Made by a program: the position numbers and the translations under genes. From the NCBI GenBank assembly GCA_964016885.1, contig OZ024742.1, positions 112,592,001-112,656,000 on the forward strand: 64,000 nucleotides of DNA, given 5' to 3'. Each line of letters starts with the position of its first letter. Positions within the stretch are counted from its first letter, which is position 1. Under the pieces are notes generated by a model. It was not told the origin of the DNA. It made no database searches and worked only from the letters and a program-made list of their open reading frames with translations. Below, piece by piece: positions 13,619 to 25,867 of this stretch. The stretch is from Eledone cirrhosa. Taxonomy: Eukaryota.

Positions 13619-15190
13619 TCGTGCTACGCAATTTATCGAGCAAATTTACTCCCTTATGCCTATTACCGATCCATGATCCTTAGGGACATAATTGAAAAGC
13701 AATTTATCCGTACCAAAAATGTATAACCATATGGCATCTCGCTGCCTTCGTTCAATTTTTTTATTATTATTATAATTTTTTTTTTTTTTACAATTTGCAG
13801 ATCAACATATGTTTTTCTATAGTATATTCGGAGAAATTAAGCGAAAGAGAGCGAACGTCAGAAATTGAAGGACAACACATTTGACGCAATTTCTTGGCAC
13901 CGAACATATGGTACATAAATTCCCTTCGGTGAGATGTCAGTTCAGAGTTCATAGAGCTGGTGTATATTTTGCAAAGATTTTGATCTCATGCCCGAAATTG
14001 TCTTACATTTCTCAGATTATATGCATGCTCCCAGAATTTTAAGATATATAGATATTTTTTTTAGCAGTCATTAAGATTAACATTTGCGGATGACGCTGGT
14101 TAGTGTTAAATGAGTCATTTCATTTACAAGCTAATTATGTATGTACAGAGGAATTACTGTGAAGAGATAGTCAAATCATAGTATGAACAAATAACTTTTC
14201 TTGTTTTTTTTTTTTTACGAGATCTCCTTTCAGATGGATCTATGATCGAACTTTTTCACATTATTATTACCTTGATTCACTTTTCGAAACTTATTTCTTC
14301 TATATCTCTATTACCTAATATATCATCCCTTTTAAAACGAGGGAATGTGAGGAATCAAACAAGTTAAATTATATATTTCTAGTGGCATATGTATATTCGC
14401 AAAGACCCTGTATTTCGCAATACCTAAGTACGAGATAAATTAATCTACTATATTACTGAAAATCCTACTATAGTTTTAAACTCAGATGAAATTCGAATTA
14501 AATCTGGAAGAATTAATGGAGCTGTTAATATATATTCCATGGAAAGAATCTTTACTACTTTCATCATACAGAACATTTTTGAAAATTGCCCAACGTAGAT
14601 CATAAATCCATTCGGTTATTCGTAAACAGATATAAAAGAAACGCGCGCTAATTATACAGTCTAGAATATAATATAGAGAAATTACTGCATTTGTAACAAT
14701 GGCCAAAATAATTTACTTCTAATGTGATTTATGATAACATTATCAAAGAATAAATATAACGGAAACTATTTCATTATTTATTATAATAAAGACTATATTG
14801 TGATCTTTTGTTGAAATATCAAGCAGAATGATACATTATTTTCTGAGGGCAAGAGGATTTCTATTCATATGAAAACAATTTCAATCAATATAAGAAATTC
14901 AAATGAATATTTTGTGGTTTTTATTCTATATTATTATTTTCATATTTGATTGCAAACAACATAGTATTGTATAATATATATATATCGTATTACTACAATT
15001 TTATATTAGTATATGGATGAAGCGAGCACGTGTGTGTTTTGTATCTGAGTGTGTTTCCATATATTAAGGGTTAATCATAAACTAAGCTTTCCTTCTTATA
15101 TAAATGTATATGAAACATTGAATAACACACGCACATAAGCTTACATACATACATGCGTACATACATTCATGCATACATACATACACACAC

Positions 15191-15259
<69 letters not shown>

Positions 15260-15370
15260 TAAAGGAATTCCAACTTTGTCTGATTTACACGTTTTATTTA
15301 CAATCCTTTAACATTTATAATGGTATTAGAATGAAATAGTATGGTAGAATATTAAATGTTAAGTGTTAAT

Positions 15371-15408
15371 TGAACAAGTACTTTCATCCTTTCGCAATCT
15401 TCAGGTTT
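15371..15408 (-). ncRNA. Partly degenerate minimal hammerhead motif in a (TA)n-adjacent PLE-like fragment (about 15256-15660)
   Basis: Minus strand: AAC-CUGAAGA-UUGCGAAAGGAU-GAAA-GUAC-UU|GUU. Palindromic stem III; stem II damaged. Confidence 0.45.
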
Positions 15409-16419
15409 TATATCCTGTGGTGACAGTCAAGTTTGCAATTTTCAACTGTAATTTTGTGCCTTATATCCAGTGAAAAGCGGCTACAGAATTCTTGACTCTG
15501 GAAACTGTATTTCGACCAATCGGTGTGTAGTTTCACTGGATTACTAAAGCTGATTTGTTTAGGTGTCATGGTTGGTTGAGCATGTCTAACGACTAATATT
15601 TGACTCTATCCAAAGAATCAATTGTTTTTCTATTTTTAGAAATGATGAAAATAGCATTTTCTAATAATAATCATCATCAACATCACTTTTATTATTATTA
15701 TTATTGTTGTTGTTGTTGTGAGTGGTAGTAGTCGACATGGTCGTAGTCATAGTAGGAGTAATACCCCATTAGTATTGTTCATTTAGCTTGGGTTGGAATT
15801 TATCAATAACATTATTTTCTTTGATTTTTCTCTTGATATCTCTTGGGCTGTGTAATTTGTAGAATGGAAATATAAATAAATATTCTCTGACCATATGTTG
15901 CTAGATGGTTACTCAGGGGTATCTGATGGACATTGTGGGTCCCTAATTTGCTGTCGGTGCACTCGTATATATACATATATTTCTACGTGTGCGTTTATTT
16001 TTTCATAATCACGCATGATGGTGAACTAGCCTGCTATTAATTCCTTTTTTGGCATATTAATCAGTGAGAAATTTTGGTTATCGAGTTGAGCTCTGCTGAG
16101 GATCGAATTCCAACCGTAACCATCTCCACTGAAAGTTTTCGTGAAATAGTCTTCAAGACTATACAGAGCATTTGAAGTTTTTTCCAAATTGAAGGATGAG
16201 TATTTTAAATTTTATTTTATCATGACTTAAGCTCTATTGATTTTTCCCAGAATTTCAATAAATTATCTTGGATGAATCTATATCGTGAATCTTTTTGAGT
16301 TGAGTTTGAATTATTTTTCCCACATCTTACGTTAACTATTTTTCCTATTTTGACGCTATAGTCACTTATATATTATGGAATACTCTTGGCTTTTTGCTAC
16401 AATACTTTCTATACCTTTC

Positions 16420-16514
<95 letters not shown>

Positions 16515-16581
16515 CATATATATATATACGTATATATACATATATATACATATATATATATATACATATATATATATACAC

Positions 16582-16653
<72 letters not shown>

Positions 16654-16665
16654 ATGTATATATGT
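16420..16665. repeat. (TA)n/(TG)n microsatellite, one of more than 30 similar tracts in the window
   Basis: Directly visible. Other long tracts at 3738-3846, 15192-15256, 34941-35028, 43333-43600, 49705-50003, 53024-53115 and 58912-58973. Confidence 0.95.
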
Positions 16666-16876
16666 CCTGGGCTCGATTCCTGGGTTGCAAAACACTTCAT
16701 TTTACGTTGCTCCAGTATACTCAACTGAAAATGAGTACCAACAATACCTGGAGGTTTAACCCTGCGATGGACTGGCGTTCTGTCCAGGGGGATGTCTTGT
16801 ACTCTCAGTCGCTTCACGCGATAAAACCGCGATAAGCAGCGGCCAAATGAGCCTTCTGGATTATGACAGACTTTAG
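16665..16876 (+). mobile_element. Second tRNA-type SINE family, 5'-truncated, with a V-SINE-like central motif
   Basis: B-box-like gggctcgattcc, then aaccctgcgatggactggcgttctgtccagggg, which resembles the V-SINE conserved motif. Confidence 0.6.
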
Positions 16877-16978
16877 ATCGTTGGGTGTATGTGTGTGTGC
16901 GTATGTATGTATGTACGTATGTATGTAAGCTTATCTGAGTGTGTGATTCAATGTTTCATATGCATAATCGATACACAT

Positions 16979-17018
<40 letters not shown>

Positions 17019-17039
17019 TCCCCTGTGACCAAGGGAGCT

Positions 17040-17330
17040 CAAGGGAGGGGGACAGAGCTCATTATAAATCATAGCAATGCGAGAAGCCACATAATAAATT
17101 ATGTCAGATAATAGGGGATATCAATTATACTGGGAGATCCTTGCTAGGGCTAGATCGTATAACGGAAATAAAAAGACCATGTGACCTCTGCGCCGCTGAG
17201 GCCCTGGAAATAGTCTACGCCAAGGACCACATCTTAAACCAAAAATCTGAGGCAATTTCGGCTTGTAAGCATAAATTGCACAAAACATTCCTGTATTACA
17301 GCCCCACATTATACCCTAACGGATAGAACT
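17040..17330 (+). mobile_element. PLE (Neptune-type) GIY-YIG endonuclease C-terminal fragment
   Basis: CDLCAAEALEIVYAKDHILNQKSEAISACKH matches the Neptune-type CxLCxxE...LNxxSE...CxH motif. Begins just after a (TA)n tract. Confidence 0.75.
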
Positions 17331-17869
17331 AACTATACGCGGATATTTTACGTCTTGATGTGGAAGCTAAGTATATGTTATGTTTATACCATTACTTGTT
17401 TGCATAGGTAAGTATATAATAACTGTATGTTTTGTGAAGGTACGTATACTTTCTCGTACGTATACTTGATTGTATATGTTATGGCGTATATATTATATAT
17501 TCTGGTGCATATGCTTTTGGTTATGTGTATACGTGAGTTTTCCGTCGGTGTGAGTATGCGGGTACATACGTATGTAAGGTGTGTGTATATGTGTATTCTT
17601 AAATCTGAAGCAGAGAATCATTCGGTTTGCTAGTTAGAATTCTTGTCTACGACTTCCGTTATACCATTTTCGTGGTTTTGTCTTGGCGTGCAATTTTTCT
17701 CTACGCTCCACATATGATGTATTATTTTCGTTTTTGTTCGTTCATTGCCAGAGAACGTCTCAATGAACCACCTAATATAATATCAGTGTACGACTTCTTT
17801 TATATCATAAACGTGGTTTTGTATTTGCGTGTAATTGTTTTTCACCGCTCCAAATAATGTCGTATTATA

Positions 17870-17962
17870 ACTTTGCCTTTCATCCTTATGGAGTCGATAA
17901 AAAAAAGTACCAGTAATACACAGGTTAATTGCTGGCCTTGTGTCAAAAAGGTAGAAACAATT
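17870..17962 (+). mobile_element. Family S SINE 3' half
   Basis: ctttgcctttcatccttatggagtcgataaaa...gtagaaacaatta. Confidence 0.75.
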
Positions 17963-18154
17963 ATATTCGTTTTTTCCCGTTCTTTGCCAAGGAACGTTTC
18001 CACGAACCAAAGTATCGTCTTCATGCCTTCCTACGGTTGCAACGTGTTTTGAAATATTCACTTCTGCGTACACAGATTGACTTTGTTAGTTTGAGAAGAT
18101 CCCGTTAAGGGTGAAAGCAGCGATTCTTTGCTTAAACTGTAATCTGTTATTTTA

Positions 18155-18211
<57 letters not shown>

Positions 18212-18412
18212 TAAATGTTGAAGGGAGAAGCACACTTCTGACACATATTGCCATGGGATTTGACCCTCCTTCAGAGGTACAATTCCGGGCAAGATTGTTT
18301 GTGCAATACATGCAGTCATCTATGCATACCGGTCTCCCATCTCCACACCACCGACGTTGTCCACGTGGAAAGCAATAGCTGATATAGCTTGACACCAGGA
18401 ATGTTGCAACTC

Positions 18413-18543
18413 ATTTGCATAGAGCGTGAGTACGTACCGGTTCAACGGAGACGATAAAAACAAATAACGAAACGAAATTAAATTTCGTTTCGTTTGTAAC
18501 TCACTTTTGTATGACTGACGCTTAAACAATTGAGTTAAAAATG
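18413..18543 (-). repeat. Inverted partial monomer at the 5' end of the 466-bp array
   Basis: Reverse complement of the monomer segment catttttaactc...ctctatgcaaat. Joins the direct array through a TG microhomology at 18542-18543. Confidence 0.9.
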
Positions 18544-21500
18544 AGTTACAAACGAAACGAAATTTAATTTCGTTTCGTTATTTGTTTTTATCGTCTCCGT
18601 TGAACCGGTACGTACTCACGCTCTATGCAAATTAGTCTGCCAACTACTAATTTTCATAGAAAAAGCATATAACGATATGTGCTTTTACGATTCTCTAGAA
18701 AGGCCGGAAGATGGGTAAATATTGCTGATGAGATGTAACAACATCGAAACTAGTCCAATATTCCTTGTCTGGCTTTCTGGAGAATAGAGGAAAGGTGTTT
18801 CCTCAAAAACCAGTATGACTCTAAAAACCGGTTTGTCTGTGTGTTTACATACAGAATAGCTGGACACTCACAGTAAAGTGACCAGTGAAAAACTCGGTAC
18901 ATCTACATATGTACACGTGTGTGTATTCATATGCATACTAGTATTTCAGTATACATATGTGGATGTACATTTTTAACTCAATTGTTTAAGCGTCAGTCAT
19001 ACAAAAGTGAGTTACAAACGAAACGAAATTTAATTTCGTTTCGTTATTTGTTTTTATCGTCTCCGTTGAACCGGTACGTACTCACGCTCTATGCAAATTA
19101 GTCTGCCTACTACTAATTTTCATAGAAAAAGCATATAACGATATGTGCTTTTACGATTCTCTAGAAAGGCCGGAAGATGGGTAAATATTGCTGATGAGAT
19201 GTAACAACATCGAAACTAGTCCAATATTCCTTGTCTGGCTTTCTGGAGAATAGAGGAAAGGTGTTTCCTCAAAAACCAGTATGACTCTAAAAACCGGTTT
19301 GTCTGTGTGTTTACATACAGAATAGCTGGACACTCACAGTAAAGTGACCAGTGAAAAACTCGGTACATCTACATATGTACACGTGTGTGTATTCATATGC
19401 ATACTAGTATTTCAGTATACATATGTGGATGTACATTTTTAACTCAATTGTTTAAGCGTCAGTCATGCAAAAGTGAGTTACAAACGAAACGAAATTTAAT
19501 TTCGTTTCGTTATTTGTTTTTATCGTCTCCGTTGAACCGGTACGTACTCACGCTCTATGCAAATTAGTCTGCCCACTACTAATTTTCATAGAAAAAGCAT
19601 ATAACGATATGTGCTTTTACGATTCTCTAGAAAGGCCGGAAGATGGGTAAATATTGCTGATGAGATGTAACAACATCGAAACTAGTCCAATATTCCTTGT
19701 CTGGCTTTCTGGAGAATAGAGGAAAGGTGTTTCCTCAAAAACCAGTATGACTCTAAAAACCGGTTTGTCTGTGTGTTTACATACAGAATAGCTGGACACT
19801 CACAGTAAAGTGACCAGTGAAAAACTCGGTACATCTACATATGTACACGTGTGTGTATTCATATGCATACTAGTATTTCAGTATACATATGTGGATGTAC
19901 ATTTTTAACTCAATTGTTTAAGCGTCAGTCATACAAAAGTGAGTTACAAACGAAACGAAATTTAATTTCGTTTCGTTATTTGTTTTTATCGTCTCCGTTG
20001 AACCGGTACGTACTCACGCTCTATGCAAATTAGTCTGCCTATTACTAATTTTCATAGAAAAAGCATATAACGATATGTGCTTTTACGATTCTCTAGAAAG
20101 GCCGGAAGATGGGTAAATATTGCTGATGAGATGTAACAACATCGAAACTAGTCCAATATTCCTTGTCTGGCTTTCTGGAGAATAGAGGAAAGGTGTTTCC
20201 TCAAAAACCAGTATGACTCTAAAAACCGGTTTGTCTGTGTGTTTACATACAGAATAGCTGGACACTCACAGTAAAGTGACCAGTGAAAAACTCGGTACAT
20301 CTACATATGTACACGTGTGTGTATTCATATGCATACTAGTATTTCAGTATACATATGTGGATGTACATTTTTAACTCAATTGTTTAAGCGTCAGTCATAC
20401 AAAAGTGAGTTACAAACGAAACGAAATTTAATTTCGTTTCGTTATTTGTTTTTATCGTCTCCGTTGAACCGGTACGTGCTCACGCTCTATGCAAATTAGT
20501 CTGCCTACTACTAATTTTCATAGAAAAAGCATATAACGATATGTGCTTTTACGATTCTCTAGAAAGGCCGGAAGATGGGTAAATATTGCTGATGAGATGT
20601 AACAACATCGAAACTAGTCCAATATTCCTTGTCTGGCTTTCTGGAGAATAGAGGAAAGGTGTTTCCTCAAAAACCAGTATGACTCTAAAAACCGGTTTGT
20701 CTGTGTGTTTACATACAGAATAGCTGGACACTCACAGTAAAGTGACCAGTGAAAAACTCGGTACATCTACATATGTACACGTGTGTGTATTCATATGCAT
20801 ACTAGTATTTCAGTATACATATGTGGATGTACATTTTAAACTCAATTGTTTAAGCGTCAGTCATACAAAAGTGAGTTACAAACGAAACGAAAATTTAATT
20901 TCGTTTCGTTATTTGTTTTTATCGTCTCCGTTGAACCGGTACGTACTCACGCTCTATGCAAATTAGTCTGCCCACTACTAATTTTCATAGAAAAAGCATA
21001 TAACGATATGTGCTTTTACGATTCTCTAGAAAGGCCGGAAGATGGGTAAATATTGCTGATGAGATGTAACAACATCGAAACTAGTCCAATATTCCTTGTC
21101 TGGCTTTCTGGAGAATAGAGGAAAGGTGTTTCCTAAAAAACCAGTATGACTCTAAAAACCGGTTTGTCTGTGTGTTTACATACAGAATAGCTGGACACTC
21201 ACAGTAAAGTGACCAGTGAAAAACTCGGTACATCTACATATGTACACGTGTGTGTATTCATATGCATACTAGTATTTCAGTATACATATGTGGATGTACA
21301 TTTTTAACTCAATTCTTTAAGCGTCAGTCATACAAAAGTGAGTTACAAACGAAACGAAATTTAATTTCGTTTCGTTATTTGTTTTTATCGTCTCCGTTGA
21401 ACCGGTACGTACTCACGCTCTATGCAAATTAGTCTGCCCACTACTAATTTTCATAGAAAAAGCATATAACGATATGTGCTTTTACGATTCTCTAGAAAGG

Positions 21501-24500
21501 CCGGAAGATGGGTAAATATTGCTGATGAGATGTAACAACATCGAAACTAGTCCAATATTCCTTGTCTGGCTTTCTGGAGAATAGAGGAAAGGTGTTTCCT
21601 CAAAAACCAGTATGACTCTAAAAACCGGTTTGTCTGTGTGTTTACATACAGAATAGCTGGACATTCACAGTAAAGTGACCAGTGAAAAACTCGGTACATC
21701 TACATATGTACACGTGTGTGTATTCATATGCATACTAGTATTTCAGTATACATATGTGGATGTACATTTTTAACTCAATTGTTTAAGCGTCAGTCATACA
21801 AAAGTGAGTTACAAACGAAACGAAATTTAATTTCGTTTCGTTATTTGTTTTTATCGTCTCCGTTGAACCGGTACGTACTCACGCTCTATGCAAATTAGTC
21901 TGCCCACTACTAATTTTCATAGAAAAAGCATATAACAATATGTGCTTTTACGATTCTCTAGAAAGGCCGGAAGATGGGTAAATATTGCTGATGAGATGTA
22001 ACAACATCGAAACTAGTCCAATATTCCTTGTCTGGCTTTCTGGAGAATAGAGGAAAGGTGTTTCCTCAAAAACCAGTATGACTCTAAAAACCGGTTTGTC
22101 TGTGTGTTTACATACAGAATAGCTGGACACTCACAGTAAAGTGACCAGTGAAAAACTCGGTACATCTACATATGTACACGTGTGTGTATTCATATGCATA
22201 CTAGTATTTCAGTATACATATGTGGATGTACATTTTTAACTCAATTGTTTAAGCGTCAGTCATACAAAAGTGAGTTACAAACGAAACGAAATTTAATTTC
22301 GTTTCGTTATTTGTTTTTATCGTCTCCGTTGAACCGGTACGTACTCACGCTCTATGCAAATTAGTCTGCCTACTACTAATTTTCATAGAAAAAGCATATA
22401 ACGATATGTGCTTTTACGATTCTCTAGAAAGGCCGGAAGATGGGTAAATATTGCTGATGAGATGTAACAACATCGAAACTAGTCCAATATTCCTTGTCTG
22501 GCTTTCTGGAGAATAGAGGAAAGGTGTTTCCTCAAAAACCAGTATGACTCTAAAAACCGGTTTGTCTGTGTGTTTACATACAGAATAGCTGGACACTCAC
22601 AGTAAAGTGACCAGTGAAAAACTCGGTACATCTACATATGTACACGTGTGTGTATTCATATGCATACTAGTATTTCAGTATACATATGTGGATGTACATT
22701 TTTAACTCAATTGTTTAAGCGTCAGTCATACAAAAGTGAGTTACAAACGAAACGAAATTTAATTTCGTTTCGTTATTTGTTTTTATCGTCTCCGTTGAAC
22801 CGGTACGTACTCACGCTCTATGCAAATTAGTCTGCCCACTACTAATTTTCATAGAAAAAGCATATAACGATATGTGCTTTTACGATTCTCTAGAAAGGCC
22901 GGAAGATGGGTAAATATTGCTGATGAGATGTAACAACATCGAAACTAGTCCAATATTCCTTGTCTGGCTTTCTGGAGAATAGAGGAAAGGTGTTTCCTCA
23001 AAAACCAGTATGACTCTAAAAACCGGTTTGTCTGTGTGTTTACATACAGAATAGCTGGACACTCACAGTAAAGTGACCAGTGAAAAACTCGGTACATCTA
23101 CATATGTACACGTGTGTGTATTCATATGCATACTAGTATTTCAGTATACATATGTGGATGTACATTTTTAACTCAATTCTTTAAGCGTCAGTCATACAAA
23201 AGTGAGTTACAAACGAAACGAAATTTAATTTCGTTTCGTTATTTGTTTTTATCGTCTCCGTTGAACCGGTACGTACTCACGCTCTATGCAAATTAGTCTG
23301 CCCACTACTAATTTTCATAGAAAAAGCATATAACGATATGTGCTTTTACGATTCTCTAGAAAGGCCGGAAGATGGGTAAATATTGCTGATGAGATGTAAC
23401 AACATCGAAACTAGTCCAATATTCCTTGTCTGGCTTTCTGGAGAATAGAGGAAAGGTGTTTCCTCAAAAACCAGTATGACTCTAAAAACCGGTTTGTCTG
23501 TGTGTTTACATACAGAATAGCTGGACATTCACAGTAAAGTGACCAGTGAAAAACTCGGTACATCTACATATGTACACGTGTGTGTATTCATATGCATACT
23601 AGTATTTCAGTATACATATGTGGATGTACATTTTTAACTCAATTGTTTAAGCGTCAGTCATACAAAAGTGAGTTACAAACGAAACGAAATTTAATTTCGT
23701 TTCGTTATTTGTTTTTATCGTCTCCGTTGAACCGGTACGTACTCACGCTCTATGCAAATTAGTCTGCCCACTACTAATTTTCATAGAAAAAGCATATAAC
23801 AATATGTGCTTTTACGATTCTCTAGAAAGGCCGGAAGATGGGTAAATATTGCTGATGAGATGTAACAACATCGAAACTAGTCCAATATTCCTTGTCTGGC
23901 TTTCTGGAGAATAGAGGAAAGGTGTTTCCTCAAAAACCAGTATGACTCTAAAAACCGGTTTGTCTGTGTGTTTACATACAGAATAGCTGGACACTCACAG
24001 TAAAGTGACCAGTGAAAAACTCGGTACATCTACATATGTACACGTGTGTGTATTCATATGCATACTAGTATTTCAGTATACATATGTGGATGTACATTTT
24101 TAACTCAATTGTTTAAGCGTCAGTCATACAAAAGTGAGTTACAAACGAAACGAAATTTAATTTCGTTTCGTTATTTGTTTTTATCGTCTCCGTTGAACCG
24201 GTACGTACTCACGCTCTATGCAAATTAGTCTGCCTACTACTAATTTTCATAGAAAAAGCATATAACGATATGTGCTTTTACGATTCTCTAGAAAGGCCGG
24301 AAGATGGGTAAATATTGCTGATGAGATGTAACAACATCGAAACTAGTCCAATATTCCTTGTCTGGCTTTCTGGAGAATAGAGGAAAGGTGTTTCCTCAAA
24401 CACCAGTATGACTCTAAAAACCGGTTTGTCTGTGTGTTTACATACAGAATAGCTGGACACTCACAGTAAAGTGACCAGTGAAAAACTCGGTACATCTACA

Positions 24501-25116
24501 TATGTACACGTGTGTGTATTCATATGCATACTAGTATTTCAGTATACATATGTGGATGTACATTTTTAACTCAATTGTTTAAGCGTCAGTCATACAAAAG
24601 TGAGTTACAAACGAAACGAAATTTAATTTCGTTTCGTTATTTGTTTTTATCGTCTCCGTTGAACCGGTACGTACTCACGCTCTATGCAAATTAGTCTGCC
24701 CACTACTAATTTTCATAGAAAAAGCATATAACGATATGTGCTTTTACGATTCTCTAGAAAGGCCGGAAGATGGGTAAATATTGCTGATGAGATGTAACAA
24801 CATCGAAACTAGTCCAATATTCCTTGTCTGGCTTTCTGGAGAATAGAGGAAAGGTGTTTCCTCAAAAACCAGTATGACTCTAAAAACCGGTTTGTCTGTG
24901 TGTTTACATACAGAATAGCTGGACACTCACAGTAAAGTGACCAGTGAAAAACTCGGTACATCTACATATGTACACGTGTGTGTATTCATATGCATACTAG
25001 TATTTCAGTATACATATGTGGATGTACATTTTTAACTCAATTGTTTAAACGTCAGTCATACAAAAGTGAGTTACAAACGAAACGAAATTTAATTTCGTTT
25101 CGTTATTTGTTTTTAT
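18542..25116 (+). repeat. Tandem array of about 14.1 x 466-bp monomers, each with a hammerhead ribozyme (non-LTR retrozyme-like)
   Basis: Period 466 (ORF track repeats every 466 bp, with one +1 indel near 20891). Only scattered substitutions. Ends in (TA)n at 25116-25137. Confidence 0.95.
18718..18762 (+). ncRNA. Type I hammerhead ribozyme, first of 14 copies (CUGAUGA at 18725, 19191, 19657, 20123, 20589, 21056, 21522, 21988, 22454, 22920, 23386, 23852, 24318, 24784)
   Basis: AAUAUUG-CUGAUGA-GAUGU AACA ACAUC-GAAA-CUAG-UC|CAAUAUU. 7-bp stem I, 5-bp stem II, palindromic minimal stem III, GUC cleavage after 18755. Stem I can be extended by attctctagaaaggccgga / tctggctttctggagaat. Confidence 0.9.
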
Positions 25117-25137
25117 ATATATATATATATATATATA

Positions 25138-25283
25138 GGAACCAGTAAGACCCCGACAGCTGAGCTCAAGCCGTTTCGACGGCTAATTCGGTCTTACTGG
25201 TTCCTATTACCCACTCTACTACCCCAAGTATTGAGTACTTTGGTGCGTTATGGTCCACCAGGTTCCTTACCACATTTCGTTCG

Positions 25284-25285
<2 letters not shown>
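25138..25285 (+). mobile_element. Family A PLE-like fragment with inverted head
   Basis: Opposite orientation to 2744-2935, with (TA)n on both sides. Confidence 0.6.
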
Positions 25286-25357
<72 letters not shown>

Positions 25358-25360
<3 letters not shown>

Positions 25361-25515
25361 AACCAGTAAGACCCCGACAGCTGAGCTCAAGCCGTCGAAA
25401 CGGCTTGAGCTCAGCTGTCGGGGTCTTACTGGTTCCTATTACCCACTCTACTACCTCAAGTATTGAGTACTTTGGTGCGTTATGGTCCACCTGGTTCCTT
25501 ACCACATTTCCTTCG

Positions 25516-25518
<3 letters not shown>
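25358..25518 (+). mobile_element. Family A PLE-like fragment with inverted head
   Basis: Fold-back aggaaccagtaagaccccgacagctgagctcaagccgt / acggcttgagctcagctgtcggggtcttactggttcct, with (TA)n on both sides. Confidence 0.6.
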
Positions 25519-25552
<34 letters not shown>

Positions 25553-25800
25553 AAAGAATAGAGGTGTAACACACAAGTTATATATTGAAAATGGAATAGA
25601 AAATGCTGACAAATTGTTCACAGTTGAAAAATGGTTTAATTAGGAATAAAAGAGTATTAGTGATTGTATGGGTTAGTATCCAGTTGTGGTTTTAAGTTTT
25701 TAACTATTTACCGGTTGCGCATTTCTAAATGCTTTTCAAAAATAATTTTGAGATAGAGTGTCCGTGCTGTTTGCTCTGATCAGCATTTTCTATTCCGTTT

Positions 25801-25855
<55 letters not shown>

Positions 25856-25867
25856 TATATGTATATA

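Noticed and set aside
12494-13726. 410-aa ORF as an intact or domesticated RT gene
   Set aside because: It is only the longest surviving frame of a frameshifted RTE LINE and lacks the N-terminal RT motifs in frame.
16366-16817. Long [12 protein letters not shown] ORFs here and at 35.1-35.6, 40.6, 42.6, 43.3, 49.6 and 52.8 kb
   Set aside because: They are translations of (TA)n/(CA)n microsatellites.
18980-19000. Minus-strand second ribozyme (ambisense, viroid-like)
   Set aside because: The closest match is CUGACGC with no GAAA half or stems, so it is not a hammerhead core.
18685-24926. Repeated 60-aa ORFs on both strands of the 466-bp array
   Set aside because: They use alternative start codons and have no recognisable domain, and two copies are broken by a substitution or indel. 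They are by-products of the repeat.
18542-25116. CRISPR array or ordinary inert satellite
   Set aside because: No unique spacers and a eukaryotic context. The invariant HHR and end structure argue against a featureless satellite.
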